In this document: positions 38,388 through 47,562 of the stretch, one piece after another | Layout of the letters: the number at the start of each line of letters is the position of its first letter | Position numbering within the stretch: the stretch's first letter is position 1 | DNA from: an uncultured Clostridium sp. | Lineage (GTDB): Bacteria; Bacillota_I; Bacilli_A; RF39; UBA660 | NCBI GenBank assembly: GCA_964578175.1 | Contig: CAZOBH010000006.1 | Coordinates: forward strand, 1-54,530 | Length of the DNA: 54,530 nt | Direction: 5' to 3' | Made by a program: the position numbers and the translations under genes | Notes under the pieces: generated by a model | What the model was told of the DNA's origin: nothing | Database searches by the model: none | What the model saw: only the letters and a program-made list of their open reading frames with translations

Positions 38388-40073
38388 ATGAAGAAAGTAT
38401 TTAGATTTATTTTAGTTGTTTTATTATGCCCAACAATAATTTTTGCTGAGTCTAGAATAGCTTGTGGTGATGCTGGTAATATTCCTTTAGCTTTGCCTGA
38501 GTTTGTAAGAACTATTTTAACTCTTGTTAAATTTTTAGTGCCACTTGGTTTAATTTTATATGGTGGTGTAGACTTATTAAAAGCGGTTTATAGTAATGAT
38601 AAAAGAGGTTTAGATATAGCAACAAAACACTTTATAACAAGAGCAGTTGCTGGTGTTTCTATTTTCTTTTTTATATACATAGTTCAAATTTTTGTTAAAG
38701 GAACAGAGGATAATACAGTACTTGAATGTTTAAATTGTTTTACTACTGATGAAAATGCATGTGTTGTTTATAATGTAGAAGTTGATGATGGAAAGAAAGA
38801 AAAAGAAGAAGCTGATAAGAAACGTGAGGCTTTAAATAAAAAACGTGAAGAAGAAAGAAAGAAACAAGAAGAAGAAGCTAGAAGAGCTAAAGAAATAGCT
38901 AGTAGAGATAAAGATGATGATTCAATTCTTAATGGAACAAGAACTCCAGGAGAAACAACTGGTTCATGTAATCCAGGAAGTAAAAATATCTTTTTAGGTG
39001 ACTCTAGAACTGTTCAAATGTGTATTTATAAAACAGGAGCTAGTTGGGTAAACAATCCTTGTGAATATACAACTCATGGAACATATCAAAAAGGAAATGA
39101 CTACTATGTTGCTGCTGGAGGATTAGGATATGATTGGATGGTATCAAGTGGAGCAGCTGGAGTTAATGCTATTTTAAATGCAAATCCAGGAACTACATTT
39201 AATATCATAAGTTTATTAGGTATAAATGGACTTGGTGCAGAAAGATATGTTGCCAAATACAAAGAATATGCAAGTGGTCCATGGAAAGGTCATAATTTAG
39301 TATTTGTTAGTGGTAATCCAATTGATGAAAGTAGATATTCTGGATTTAAGAATAGTGATATTGAAAGTTTTAATAGAACATTAAAAAATGGAGTAAGTGG
39401 AATAGGTATGTATTGTGATACTTATAGTAAGTTACCCAAGAACTTTGGTGGAGATGGACTTCATTATAATCAACAAATGTATGAAAAAATATATACTGAG
39501 TCATTGAAATGTGCAAATACAATAGATCCTAATTGTAATAATGGGGTATCAGGAGAAACTCATTCAGCAGGACTTAATCATAGTCAAAAATTACAAAAAG
39601 TATTCCCTAATGGTATTCCAGCATCAGATGCTGAAGTACGTAAATATTTAGTTGATTTAGAAGTTCCAATTACTAAAAAAGATGGAACTAAGACAACCAC
39701 TACTGTTCAAGTACATAAAGTAATTGCTGGTGATGTTAAAGCGGCTTTAGTAGCAGCACAAAATTCAGGATTTAAAGTTTATGAAATAGGTGGATATAGA
39801 ACTTATGGGTCTGATTCAGCAGGATCAATTACAAGTATCGGATTAGTTCAAAGTCAACACTGTTATGGATTAGCAGTTGATATAAATGTTGATGAAAACT
39901 GTCATAGACCGAGCAATGGGCCATGTGTTACAGGAAGTACTTATTTAACTGGACCTTATGCAATAACACCAGATACAGCTCTTTATAAATCATTCATTGG
40001 TAATGGATGGGGATGGGGAGGAGAATGGAGTAGTTCAAAAGACTATATGCATTTCTCTTACTTTGGTTATTAG
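38388..40073 (+). CDS. Pilin-like two-TM hairpin, coiled coil, SGNH esterase and M15 peptidoglycan peptidase
   Basis: Signal peptide; ACGD..IP hairpin; IFLGDSRT/LGIN/DGLHY (SGNH); GGYR, SQHCYGLAVD and WGWGGEW..DYMHF (M15). Confidence 0.82.
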   Translation: MKKVFRFILVVLLCPTIIFAESRIACGDAGNIPLALPEFVRTILTLVKFLVPLGLILYGGVDLLKAVYSNDKRGLDIATKHFITRAVAGVSIFFFIYIVQIFVKGTEDNTVLECLNCFTTDENACVVYNVEVDDGKKEKEEADKKREALNKKREEERKKQEEEARRAKEIASRDKDDDSILNGTRTPGETTGSCNPGSKNIFLGDSRTVQMCIYKTGASWVNNPCEYTTHGTYQKGNDYYVAAGGLGYDWMVSSGAAGVNAILNANPGTTFNIISLLGINGLGAERYVAKYKEYASGPWKGHNLVFVSGNPIDESRYSGFKNSDIESFNRTLKNGVSGIGMYCDTYSKLPKNFGGDGLHYNQQMYEKIYTESLKCANTIDPNCNNGVSGETHSAGLNHSQKLQKVFPNGIPASDAEVRKYLVDLEVPITKKDGTKTTTTVQVHKVIAGDVKAALVAAQNSGFKVYEIGGYRTYGSDSAGSITSIGLVQSQHCYGLAVDINVDENCHRPSNGPCVTGSTYLTGPYAITPDTALYKSFIGNGWGWGGEWSSSKDYMHFSYFGY

Positions 40074-40082
40074 GCGTTAATT

Positions 40083-41516
40083 ATGAAAAAGAAATTACTA
40101 TTACTAAACATAATTAACATTTTATATTCACCATTAGTATTAGCTGATACTAGAGCAGCATGTGGAAATACTGATAATATTCCAGCTGCTCTTCCTGAAT
40201 TTGTTAGACTTATATTTCTATTAATAAAATATTTGATACCAGTTGCTTTGATACTATATGGATCAATTGACTTTTTAAAAGTATTATTTTCTGGTAGTAA
40301 TGTAGGACTAGATAGAGTAGTAAAGAAAATGATTACAAGAGTAATAGCAGGTGTATCAGTATTTTTCATAGTGTTTTTGATTCAATTTTTCGTAAAAGAA
40401 GCAACAGAAGATGATGGAATTGTAGAGTGTATAAGTTGTTTTACTACAAATGAGGATTCATGTAGATTATATGTAGCAGAAGAAGATGATGGATCAAGTG
40501 AAAAAACTGAAGCTGATAAAAAAAGAGAGTCTTTAAATAAAAAGCGAGAAGAAGAAAGAAAGAAACAGGAAGAAGAAGCTAAAAAAGCAAAAGAGATTGC
40601 TAAAAAAGATAAAGATGATGATTCAATACTTAATGGAAGAATGGTACAAACTTGTCTAGATTATTCATATGCTGGAAATGGAAAAGTAAAATCTAGATTT
40701 TCAAGTCATACTCTAGAAATTGTTGAGAAACATTTAAATGATTTTGATTATAGTAATTTTGTATCTAGAACAGATGATTTTAAAGTATATATGAATAGTC
40801 TTGGTGGAGTATTTTCTAGTTACTATGGGAAAAAAATGCATGTTACATCAGCCAAAGAATTACAACTTGTCAGTGAATATGTTTTTGGAATGATGTATAT
40901 GTATGGATTTGATTATTATAATGGACCAACTCGTAAATATTGCAAATGGGGTGGAAGTTGTAAAGATATGGATAAAATAAGAATGGGAGAACTACCACAA
41001 GCTGCATCAAGTGATGCATTTTATCCAGGAACTATAATTCATTCTGAAGATGGATTATCTGGACCATTAAGTGATTTTGATAAATTAATTAGTAATCAAG
41101 GTGAGATTAACATGACTACTAACTGTAACTGGACTGTTGATATGATCTATTATAAAGCTGGATTATTTGGTGGAAAAGGTCAACCTGGTGGTTCAGCAGA
41201 TGCTGCAGCTATGGGTAGAAAATATAAAATAATAAGTGATCCTAATGATCTACAAGTAGGAGATATTGTTCATTTTTTTGAAAATGGAATTGATAAGACT
41301 AATCCTGATACTTGGAATGGATGGTATCATGTTGCCTTTATTGGAGAAGTTGATAGTTATAATAAAAAAGTAGTAGGTTATGATGGAGGTAGTTATTTTA
41401 CTAATAATCGTAACTTTAAATGGGAAGCTAAAATAGAAGGTAGTGAAACAAAATTACATGGAACTAAAAACTGGGCTGCAGTAAGAATTGCAGATTTAGA
41501 TCAAAGTTGTATTTAA
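40083..41516 (+). CDS. Paralogous pilin-like hairpin and coiled coil with a CHAP/NlpC-P60-like C-terminal domain
   Basis: N-terminal ~185 aa clearly homologous to 38388; TNCNWTV...LQVGDIVHF...HVAFI gives a Cys-His pattern. Confidence 0.72.
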   Translation: MKKKLLLLNIINILYSPLVLADTRAACGNTDNIPAALPEFVRLIFLLIKYLIPVALILYGSIDFLKVLFSGSNVGLDRVVKKMITRVIAGVSVFFIVFLIQFFVKEATEDDGIVECISCFTTNEDSCRLYVAEEDDGSSEKTEADKKRESLNKKREEERKKQEEEAKKAKEIAKKDKDDDSILNGRMVQTCLDYSYAGNGKVKSRFSSHTLEIVEKHLNDFDYSNFVSRTDDFKVYMNSLGGVFSSYYGKKMHVTSAKELQLVSEYVFGMMYMYGFDYYNGPTRKYCKWGGSCKDMDKIRMGELPQAASSDAFYPGTIIHSEDGLSGPLSDFDKLISNQGEINMTTNCNWTVDMIYYKAGLFGGKGQPGGSADAAAMGRKYKIISDPNDLQVGDIVHFFENGIDKTNPDTWNGWYHVAFIGEVDSYNKKVVGYDGGSYFTNNRNFKWEAKIEGSETKLHGTKNWAAVRIADLDQSCI

Positions 41517-41526
41517 GGAGGTTATT

Positions 41527-42252
41527 ATGAAACCACAAAATAGACCACTTCATATTATATGTAATAAAGAAGATATTGGAGAAGTTGTCCTTATGTCAGG
41601 AGATCCTTTAAGAGCTAAATATATTGCTGAAAAATATCTTAGTCTTCATAAAAGAGTAAATGAACTTAGGAATATGTATGCTTATACGGGATTTTATAAA
41701 GGTAAAAAAATAACGGTAATGGGACATGGAATGGGTGTACCATCAATAGGAATATATACATTTGAATTATTCTATTATTTTGATGTTAAAAAAATAATTA
41801 GAATAGGTACTGGTGGAGCTGGATTAGTACCAATAGATTTAAATGAAGTAGTACTTGCAGATTCTGCATATAATGAATCCAATTATGCTTTAGAGTTTAT
41901 AGGAGAAGAAGCACATATTTCATATCCTAGTAAAGAACTTAATGATAAGATTATAGAAATATCTAAAAAACAAAATATTAAACTTAATATTGGACCTGTT
42001 TTAACTACTGATGTGTTTACTCCATATGGAAATGTTGATGAAACTATAAAAAGACTTCCAAAAGACTTTAAATATATTGCAGAAGAAATGGAAAGTTTTG
42101 CTTTATTTTATAATGCAAAAGTATTTAAAAGAGAAGCAGCATGTTTAATTACAATAGTAGATTCAAAGTTTACTGATAAAATAGTAACACCAGAAGATAG
42201 AGAAAAAGCATTAGATAATATGATTCTTTTAGGTCTGGAATCATTAATTTAG
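41527..42252 (+). CDS. deoD: Purine nucleoside phosphorylase, DeoD type
   Basis: GDPLRAKYIA, GHGMGVPS, IRIGT and EMES. Confidence 0.92.
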   Translation: MKPQNRPLHIICNKEDIGEVVLMSGDPLRAKYIAEKYLSLHKRVNELRNMYAYTGFYKGKKITVMGHGMGVPSIGIYTFELFYYFDVKKIIRIGTGGAGLVPIDLNEVVLADSAYNESNYALEFIGEEAHISYPSKELNDKIIEISKKQNIKLNIGPVLTTDVFTPYGNVDETIKRLPKDFKYIAEEMESFALFYNAKVFKREAACLITIVDSKFTDKIVTPEDREKALDNMILLGLESLI

Positions 42253-42368
42253 ATAAAAAAACTTTACTTTTTAGCAAAAATAGTATAAATTATACGTGCA
42301 TTGTTAAAAAAACTTTGTCTAAATAGAGTTTGTTTGATATAATACAAAGAGAAACGAGGAGGGATACT

Positions 42369-42533
42369 ATGGCAAAAGTAGGAAATAGACAACTTAAAAC
42401 ATTAGTATGTACTGAATGTAATAGTGAAAATTATCGTGTTGAAAAGAATGTAAAAAATACTACTGAACGTTTAGAATTAAAAAAATATTGTTCTAAATGT
42501 CAAAAACATACAACACATAGAGAAAAAAAATAA
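42369..42533 (+). CDS. rpmG: 50S ribosomal protein L33 (Zn-binding form)
   Basis: CTEC...CSKC; LELKKYC; GAGGAGGG before ATG 42369. Confidence 0.95.
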   Translation: MAKVGNRQLKTLVCTECNSENYRVEKNVKNTTERLELKKYCSKCQKHTTHREKK

Positions 42534-42546
42534 TTAGGGGGATATT

Positions 42547-43104
42547 ATGATTAATGTTAATGATTTTAAAAATGGTTTAACTATTAAAATGGATGGAAAA
42601 ATATATACTGTTATTGAATTCCAACATGTTAAACCTGGTAAAGGATCAGCTTTTGTACGTTGTAAATTAAAAAATATTATTGATGGTACAACTATTGAAA
42701 CAACATTTAATGCTGGAGTTAAAGTAGAAGCTGCTCGTATAGAAAGAAGAGAAATGCAATATTTATATTCACAAGATGATACTTATTATTTTATGAATAT
42801 GCAAACTTATGATCAAATAGGAGTTGATAAAGCATCTATTGGTGACGATATAAAATATCTAAAAGAAAATATTACTTTATATCTAACTATGTATGAAGGA
42901 AATGTTATTGGTGTAGTTTTACCTGATAAAGTAGAATATACTGTTACTCATACAGAACCAGCTGTTAAGGGAAATACAACAAGTAGTGCTATGAAAGATG
43001 CAACTCTAGAAAATGGTTTAGTTGTTAAAGTTCCTTTATTTATTAACGAAGGAGAAAGTGTAGTAATAACAACTGCAGATGGTAAATATTCATCAAGAGC
43101 TTAA
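42547..43104 (+). CDS. efp: Elongation factor P
   Basis: HVKPGKGSAFVR, VKGNT and VPLFINEGE. Confidence 0.97.
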   Translation: MINVNDFKNGLTIKMDGKIYTVIEFQHVKPGKGSAFVRCKLKNIIDGTTIETTFNAGVKVEAARIERREMQYLYSQDDTYYFMNMQTYDQIGVDKASIGDDIKYLKENITLYLTMYEGNVIGVVLPDKVEYTVTHTEPAVKGNTTSSAMKDATLENGLVVKVPLFINEGESVVITTADGKYSSRA

Positions 43105-43130
43105 ATGCTCTTTTTTTGTAGGAGGAATAT

Positions 43131-43871
43131 ATGAATAAAACTGTTTTAGTTACTGGTAGTAGCAAAGGAATAGGTGCGTCTATTATAAAAAAGTTTGCAA
43201 GCAATAATTATGATGTAGTAATAACTTATAATAATGATTTAGAAAGTGCTTTAAAAGTACAAGAAGAAGTTAACAAGTTAAATGTAAAATCATTAGTAAT
43301 TAAATGTGATATAAGTAATGAATTAGAAGTAAAGAATATGATAGATGAAATAATAAATAAATATGGGCATATTGATGTCTTAATTAATAATGCAAGCATT
43401 GAAGAATCATCTAGTATAGAAGAGAAAAATATAGATTCATTTAATAGAATATTATCAGTTAATCTAATTGGTTCTTTTTTAGTAACAAAAGAAGTATCTA
43501 AATATATGTTAAAAGAAAAATATGGATCAATTATAAATATTTCATCTAATAATAGTATTAATGCAGGAGATATTAATACTTTAGAATATGATGTATCTAA
43601 AGGAGGAATTAATGTATTAACTAAAGATTTTTCTAAATTTCTAGCTCCATATATTACAGTTAATGCCGTAGCTCCTGGTTGGATTAAATCAGAAAAAGTA
43701 GTAGACCTTAATAATAGTTTAGATAACAAATTAGAAATAGAAGAGTCTAAAAAAATATTAATGGGTAGATTTGGTGAATGTGAAGAAGTTGCAGATTTAG
43801 TTTATAGTATTGCAAATAATAAATATATTACTGGAGAAATTATTAAAATAGATGGCGGATATATTGATTAA
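43131..43871 (+). CDS. SDR family oxidoreductase (FabG-like)
   Basis: TGSSKGIG, NNAS, YDVSK (YxxxK) and VNAVAPG. Confidence 0.9.
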   Translation: MNKTVLVTGSSKGIGASIIKKFASNNYDVVITYNNDLESALKVQEEVNKLNVKSLVIKCDISNELEVKNMIDEIINKYGHIDVLINNASIEESSSIEEKNIDSFNRILSVNLIGSFLVTKEVSKYMLKEKYGSIINISSNNSINAGDINTLEYDVSKGGINVLTKDFSKFLAPYITVNAVAPGWIKSEKVVDLNNSLDNKLEIEESKKILMGRFGECEEVADLVYSIANNKYITGEIIKIDGGYID

Positions 43872-43886
43872 GAAAGAGGTTATATA

Positions 43887-45122
43887 ATGAAAATAAGTGA
43901 TAAAGCAGTAGAAATAGTAGAAAAAGCAGAACAAGAATTAGAACCAATTTATAAGGAAATAACTAAAGTATGTAATAGTAATAGTTTAAAAGTATTAAAT
44001 GCATTTCATAATCATAATTTATCAGAAATACATTTAGGAAGTACTACTGGATATGGATATAACGATATAGGAAGAGATACTATAGAAAAAATATTTGCAG
44101 AAGTATTAGGTGCTGAAAAAGCAGTAGTAAGAAATCAATTTATATCAGGTTCTCATGCATTAAATGTAACTTTATTTGGCTTATTAAGACCAGGGGATAC
44201 TATGCTTAGTATTTCAGGACTTCCATATGATACATTACATGAAGTAATTGGTATTAAAGATAATCCTAGTTCTTTAAAATCATTTGGTATTAATTATAAA
44301 CAAATAGATTTAATAGATAATGATTTTGATTATGATAAGATAAAAAATACTTTAGAAAATGATAATATTAAATTAATAGAAATACAAAGATCTAAAGGTT
44401 ATTCTACTAGAAAGAGTATAACTATAGATAAGTTAGAAAAAGTAATTAAATTTATTAAAGATATTAATAAAGATATTATTGTTATGGTAGATAATTGTTA
44501 TTGTGAATTTGTTAGTTCAAAAGAACCAACTGAAGTAGGTGCTGATATAATGGTTGGTTCACTAATAAAAAATTTAGGTGGTGGAATTGCTTTAAATGGG
44601 GCATATGTTGCTGGAAAAGCTAATTTAATAGATTTAGTAGGTGAAAGATTAACTCTTCCAGGAGAGGGATTAGAAGTAGGACCTTCTCTTGGTGCTAATA
44701 GAAATATAATCCAAGGTTTATTCTTTGCTCCATCAGTTGTATCTAGTGCTTTAAAAACAGCCGTTTTAACAAGTAAAGTATTAGAAGATTTAGGTTATGA
44801 TGTTGAACCTAAATATAATGAGAAGAGAGCAGATATTGTTCAAAATATAGTATTTAACGATAAAGATAAATTAATTAAATATTGTCAAAGTATTCAAAGT
44901 GCATCACCTGTAGATTCTCAAGCATTACCAATTCCTGGAGATATGCCTGGATATGATGATCAAGTAATTATGGCAGCAGGTTGTTTTACTCAAGGAAGTT
45001 CAATAGAGTTATCTTGTGATGGCCCTTTAAGAAGTCCATATATTGCATATCAACAAGGTGGATTAACTTATGAATATGGTCGTCTTGCAGTAATAAAAGC
45101 AATATCTGATTTAGAAAATTAA
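43887..45122 (+). CDS. Methionine gamma-lyase family PLP protein (YnbB / aluminium-resistance type)
   Basis: GYGYNDIGRD, SGSHA, VDNCYCEF, GSLIKNLGGG and YQQGGL. Confidence 0.88.
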   Translation: MKISDKAVEIVEKAEQELEPIYKEITKVCNSNSLKVLNAFHNHNLSEIHLGSTTGYGYNDIGRDTIEKIFAEVLGAEKAVVRNQFISGSHALNVTLFGLLRPGDTMLSISGLPYDTLHEVIGIKDNPSSLKSFGINYKQIDLIDNDFDYDKIKNTLENDNIKLIEIQRSKGYSTRKSITIDKLEKVIKFIKDINKDIIVMVDNCYCEFVSSKEPTEVGADIMVGSLIKNLGGGIALNGAYVAGKANLIDLVGERLTLPGEGLEVGPSLGANRNIIQGLFFAPSVVSSALKTAVLTSKVLEDLGYDVEPKYNEKRADIVQNIVFNDKDKLIKYCQSIQSASPVDSQALPIPGDMPGYDDQVIMAAGCFTQGSSIELSCDGPLRSPYIAYQQGGLTYEYGRLAVIKAISDLEN

Positions 45123-45131
45123 AAATAGATG

Positions 45132-45160
45132 TTGAAAAATAATAATAAATGATGTATAAT
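45132..45160 (+). promoter_or_regulatory. tRNA-Arg promoter
   Basis: TTGAAA-17-TATAAT. Confidence 0.65.
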
Positions 45161-45184
45161 TCAATATGTATCTGAGTTATACAT

Positions 45185-45261
45185 GTCTCGTTAGCTCAGC
45201 TGGATAGAGCACCGCCCTTCTAAGGCGGGTGTCGAGAGTTCGAATCTCCCACGGGACACCA
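45185..45261 (+). tRNA. tRNA-Arg(TCT)
   Basis: GTCTCGT...ACGGGAC-A-CCA; anticodon arm CCGCC-CT-TCT-AA-GGCGG; GTTCGAAT. Confidence 0.93.
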
Positions 45262-45265
45262 TATA

Positions 45266-45300
45266 AAAATAAAACCCTTTATTTTAAAGGGTTTTTATTT
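45266..45300. terminator. Bidirectional terminator
   Basis: AAAACCCTTT-ATTTT-AAAGGGTTTT with A- and T-rich flanks, between convergent genes. Confidence 0.75.
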
Positions 45301-45320
45301 TGTAATTTTAAAACAAATTT

Positions 45321-46091
45321 TTAGTTTTTAGTTGCTGGTATAGTTTTAGTGCATTTGTTATTAGATAAGGTATATCCAGAATCACATGTATAGATTTTTT
45401 TATGTAATGGTAGACATTTATAACTATCTGGTCCACCCAAACTAATCATTTTTATTATTCCATATCCACTAGGACAAGATTCGTCTGTTGTTTCATATCC
45501 TTCACTTAAATTAACGCAATATGTATCGCTTGGTATTCCTGAATTTGAGTAATCATAAGTATTAGAAGGACATACATGTTTTGCATCAATTGTAATGGTA
45601 CATGTAGTTCCATTTAATTTATATCCATTTGGACATGAATAAGTTACTTTTGGTTTAGGAGTTTCAGTTTGATTATTATTATTTGATCCTGTATTTGTTG
45701 TTGTTCCTGAACTAGAACTTGTATTTGTATTAGTTTTTGTATTTTTATTTGTATTTGTCTTTTTATTAGTTGTATTTTTACTTGATGTAGACTTTTTTGT
45801 TTTTGTACTTGTACTTGTAGTATTTTTTGTACTAGTTTTAGGATTAGTAACTTTATTATCAGTTTTATTAGTATTGTTAGTATTAGTTTGTTCTTTGGTT
45901 TGTTCTTTAGTTTGCTCTTTATTTTCTTCTATAGTTGATTCGATTACAGGTGTTTCTTCTTTTGTTTCAATTTTACTAGTTTCACTTGTCTTATTATTTT
46001 TATATGTATTAGTTTTTAAGAGAAAGAAACAAACACATATTAAAGTGATTATAAAAATGATTAAAAATACTTTTTTTCTATCCATAAACAT
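45321..46091 (-). CDS. Membrane-anchored protein with a T/N/K-rich stalk and a Cys-rich CPxGY C-terminal domain
   Basis: N-terminal TM helix; low-complexity linker; CPNGY, CPSGY and CDSGY; eight Cys in the C-domain. Confidence 0.8.
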   Translation of the reverse strand: MFMDRKKVFLIIFIITLICVCFFLLKTNTYKNNKTSETSKIETKEETPVIESTIEENKEQTKEQTKEQTNTNNTNKTDNKVTNPKTSTKNTTSTSTKTKKSTSSKNTTNKKTNTNKNTKTNTNTSSSSGTTTNTGSNNNNQTETPKPKVTYSCPNGYKLNGTTCTITIDAKHVCPSNTYDYSNSGIPSDTYCVNLSEGYETTDESCPSGYGIIKMISLGGPDSYKCLPLHKKIYTCDSGYTLSNNKCTKTIPATKN

Positions 46092-46266
46092 AACCTTCTA
46101 TCATAAAAAGTATATCATATTAACATAATAGAAATATAATTATATTCTGCTTTATATGTAAAGTGTTCATATCTTTTTTGTAAAACAAGTTAATTTAATG
46201 TCAAGTTACTTCTAGTTTATTTTTTGATAATTAAAACTGTGCTAATATTAAAATAGAGGTGTGGTA

Positions 46267-46716
46267 ATGGGTAGAAAAGATGGTAGAAGAAGAGAAGTAA
46301 CTAATTTAATGATTAGAGATTTTAACCTACTGAGATTAGGATATGATTTTATGGGTTATAGAATTAGAAGAGTTGATAGCTTATCTTTTCATCATCTTAT
46401 AATACCTCATAAAGATTGCAAAGAACAAGGAATAGAAAGTCAAGGATATGTTAGATGGAATGGTGCAATTTTAGTAAGAGATACAGCACATGACTATTTA
46501 CATACTATAGAACGGGTAGATAGAGATAGTTTTTTATATATTACAGATCAAATGGAAACTATGAATAAACACGGTAGTTTAAGTAGAAAGAATTTAGCAA
46601 ATATAGATAGATGTTTAACTGATTTTGAAATGAAACATTATAATGATGGAATAGGTAATGGTAAAAGACTAATTAAAAAGAAATGGATTAGTGATAGGAT
46701 TCACTTTGGAGAATAA
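46267..46716 (+). CDS. Hypothetical protein, HNH-like nuclease motif
   Basis: SFHHLIIPH...NGAILVRDTAHDYLH; GAGGT before ATG 46267. Confidence 0.55.
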   Translation: MGRKDGRRREVTNLMIRDFNLLRLGYDFMGYRIRRVDSLSFHHLIIPHKDCKEQGIESQGYVRWNGAILVRDTAHDYLHTIERVDRDSFLYITDQMETMNKHGSLSRKNLANIDRCLTDFEMKHYNDGIGNGKRLIKKKWISDRIHFGE

Positions 46717-46776
46717 TAAATGATTGCATAAATCATTTATTTTTAGTATTATAAATAACTACAAGGTGATGATATT

Positions 46777-47553
46777 ATGGAAAAAATAGCAATACTTTCA
46801 GATATTCATGGTAATTTAGAAGCATTAAAATCAGTATTAGAAGATTCAAAAAAACTTGAAGTTACTAGATATTATTGTTTAGGAGACACTATAGGAAAAG
46901 GAGAACATAGCCATGAATGTCTTGAATTAATAAAAGAGACATGTAATGAAAACTCTGTTTTAGGTAATTATGAAGAAGAATATAAACTTGGATTTAGTAA
47001 AGTTTCTGGATTAACCAAAGAAGATCAAGAATATATATCTAATCTTAATTTTTCAATAGATTTTTTCTTAAGTGGAAGAAGAGTTAGATTATTTCATTCT
47101 ACGCCTTATAATACTTTTGAATATTTTTTACCTACAGATGATATTAAAGCAACTGCTCAAATGTTTGCTCCTAGTATTAGAGTTAATAATATGGAAATGC
47201 CTGATATAGTAGTTTGTGGACATACACATATGCCATATAGTAAAAGACTTCTTGCAAGAGATTTAATTGGTGTAGGAAGTGTTGGTGAATCAGTTGAATT
47301 ATTTCAAGATGAATTTTTCATGGGTGATGTAAGAAATGTTGCTTGCGCAAATTACTTATTACTAGATGGAGAGTTTGGAGATTCTGAAAACTTTGGAGCA
47401 ATTTCTTATACACATAGAAGGGTACCTTATGATATAGATAAAGAATTAGGTAATAATCCTCGTGAAGAAAGAGTTAAAGTTTTAAAATATGGAATTACAC
47501 CTAAACAAAGTATTTATTTAGACATAGCAAGAGATAAAGGAATTAAAATATAA
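46777..47553 (+). CDS. Calcineurin-like metallophosphoesterase (YfcE-like)
   Basis: SDIHGN, LGD, GNYE, LFHS and CGHTH. Confidence 0.88.
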   Translation: MEKIAILSDIHGNLEALKSVLEDSKKLEVTRYYCLGDTIGKGEHSHECLELIKETCNENSVLGNYEEEYKLGFSKVSGLTKEDQEYISNLNFSIDFFLSGRRVRLFHSTPYNTFEYFLPTDDIKATAQMFAPSIRVNNMEMPDIVVCGHTHMPYSKRLLARDLIGVGSVGESVELFQDEFFMGDVRNVACANYLLLDGEFGDSENFGAISYTHRRVPYDIDKELGNNPREERVKVLKYGITPKQSIYLDIARDKGIKI

Positions 47554-47562
47554 AAAAAGACA

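Noticed and set aside
45232-45250. A-C mismatch in the tRNA-Arg T-stem suggesting a pseudo-tRNA
   Set aside because: The rest of the cloverleaf, CCA end, promoter and terminator are intact; single mismatches are tolerated.
1750-45874. Short antisense or out-of-frame ORFs in the track (e.g. 1750, 7023, 9433, 14606, 15132, 15868, 17851, 21188, 23759, 27039, 27554, 27912, 28388, 28895, 30193, 30551, 31027, 31534, 31549, 31607, 32755, 36656, 40070, 43226, 45874)
   Set aside because: They overlap well-supported genes, lack RBSs and have L/I/F/Y-rich shadow composition caused by codon bias and repeats.
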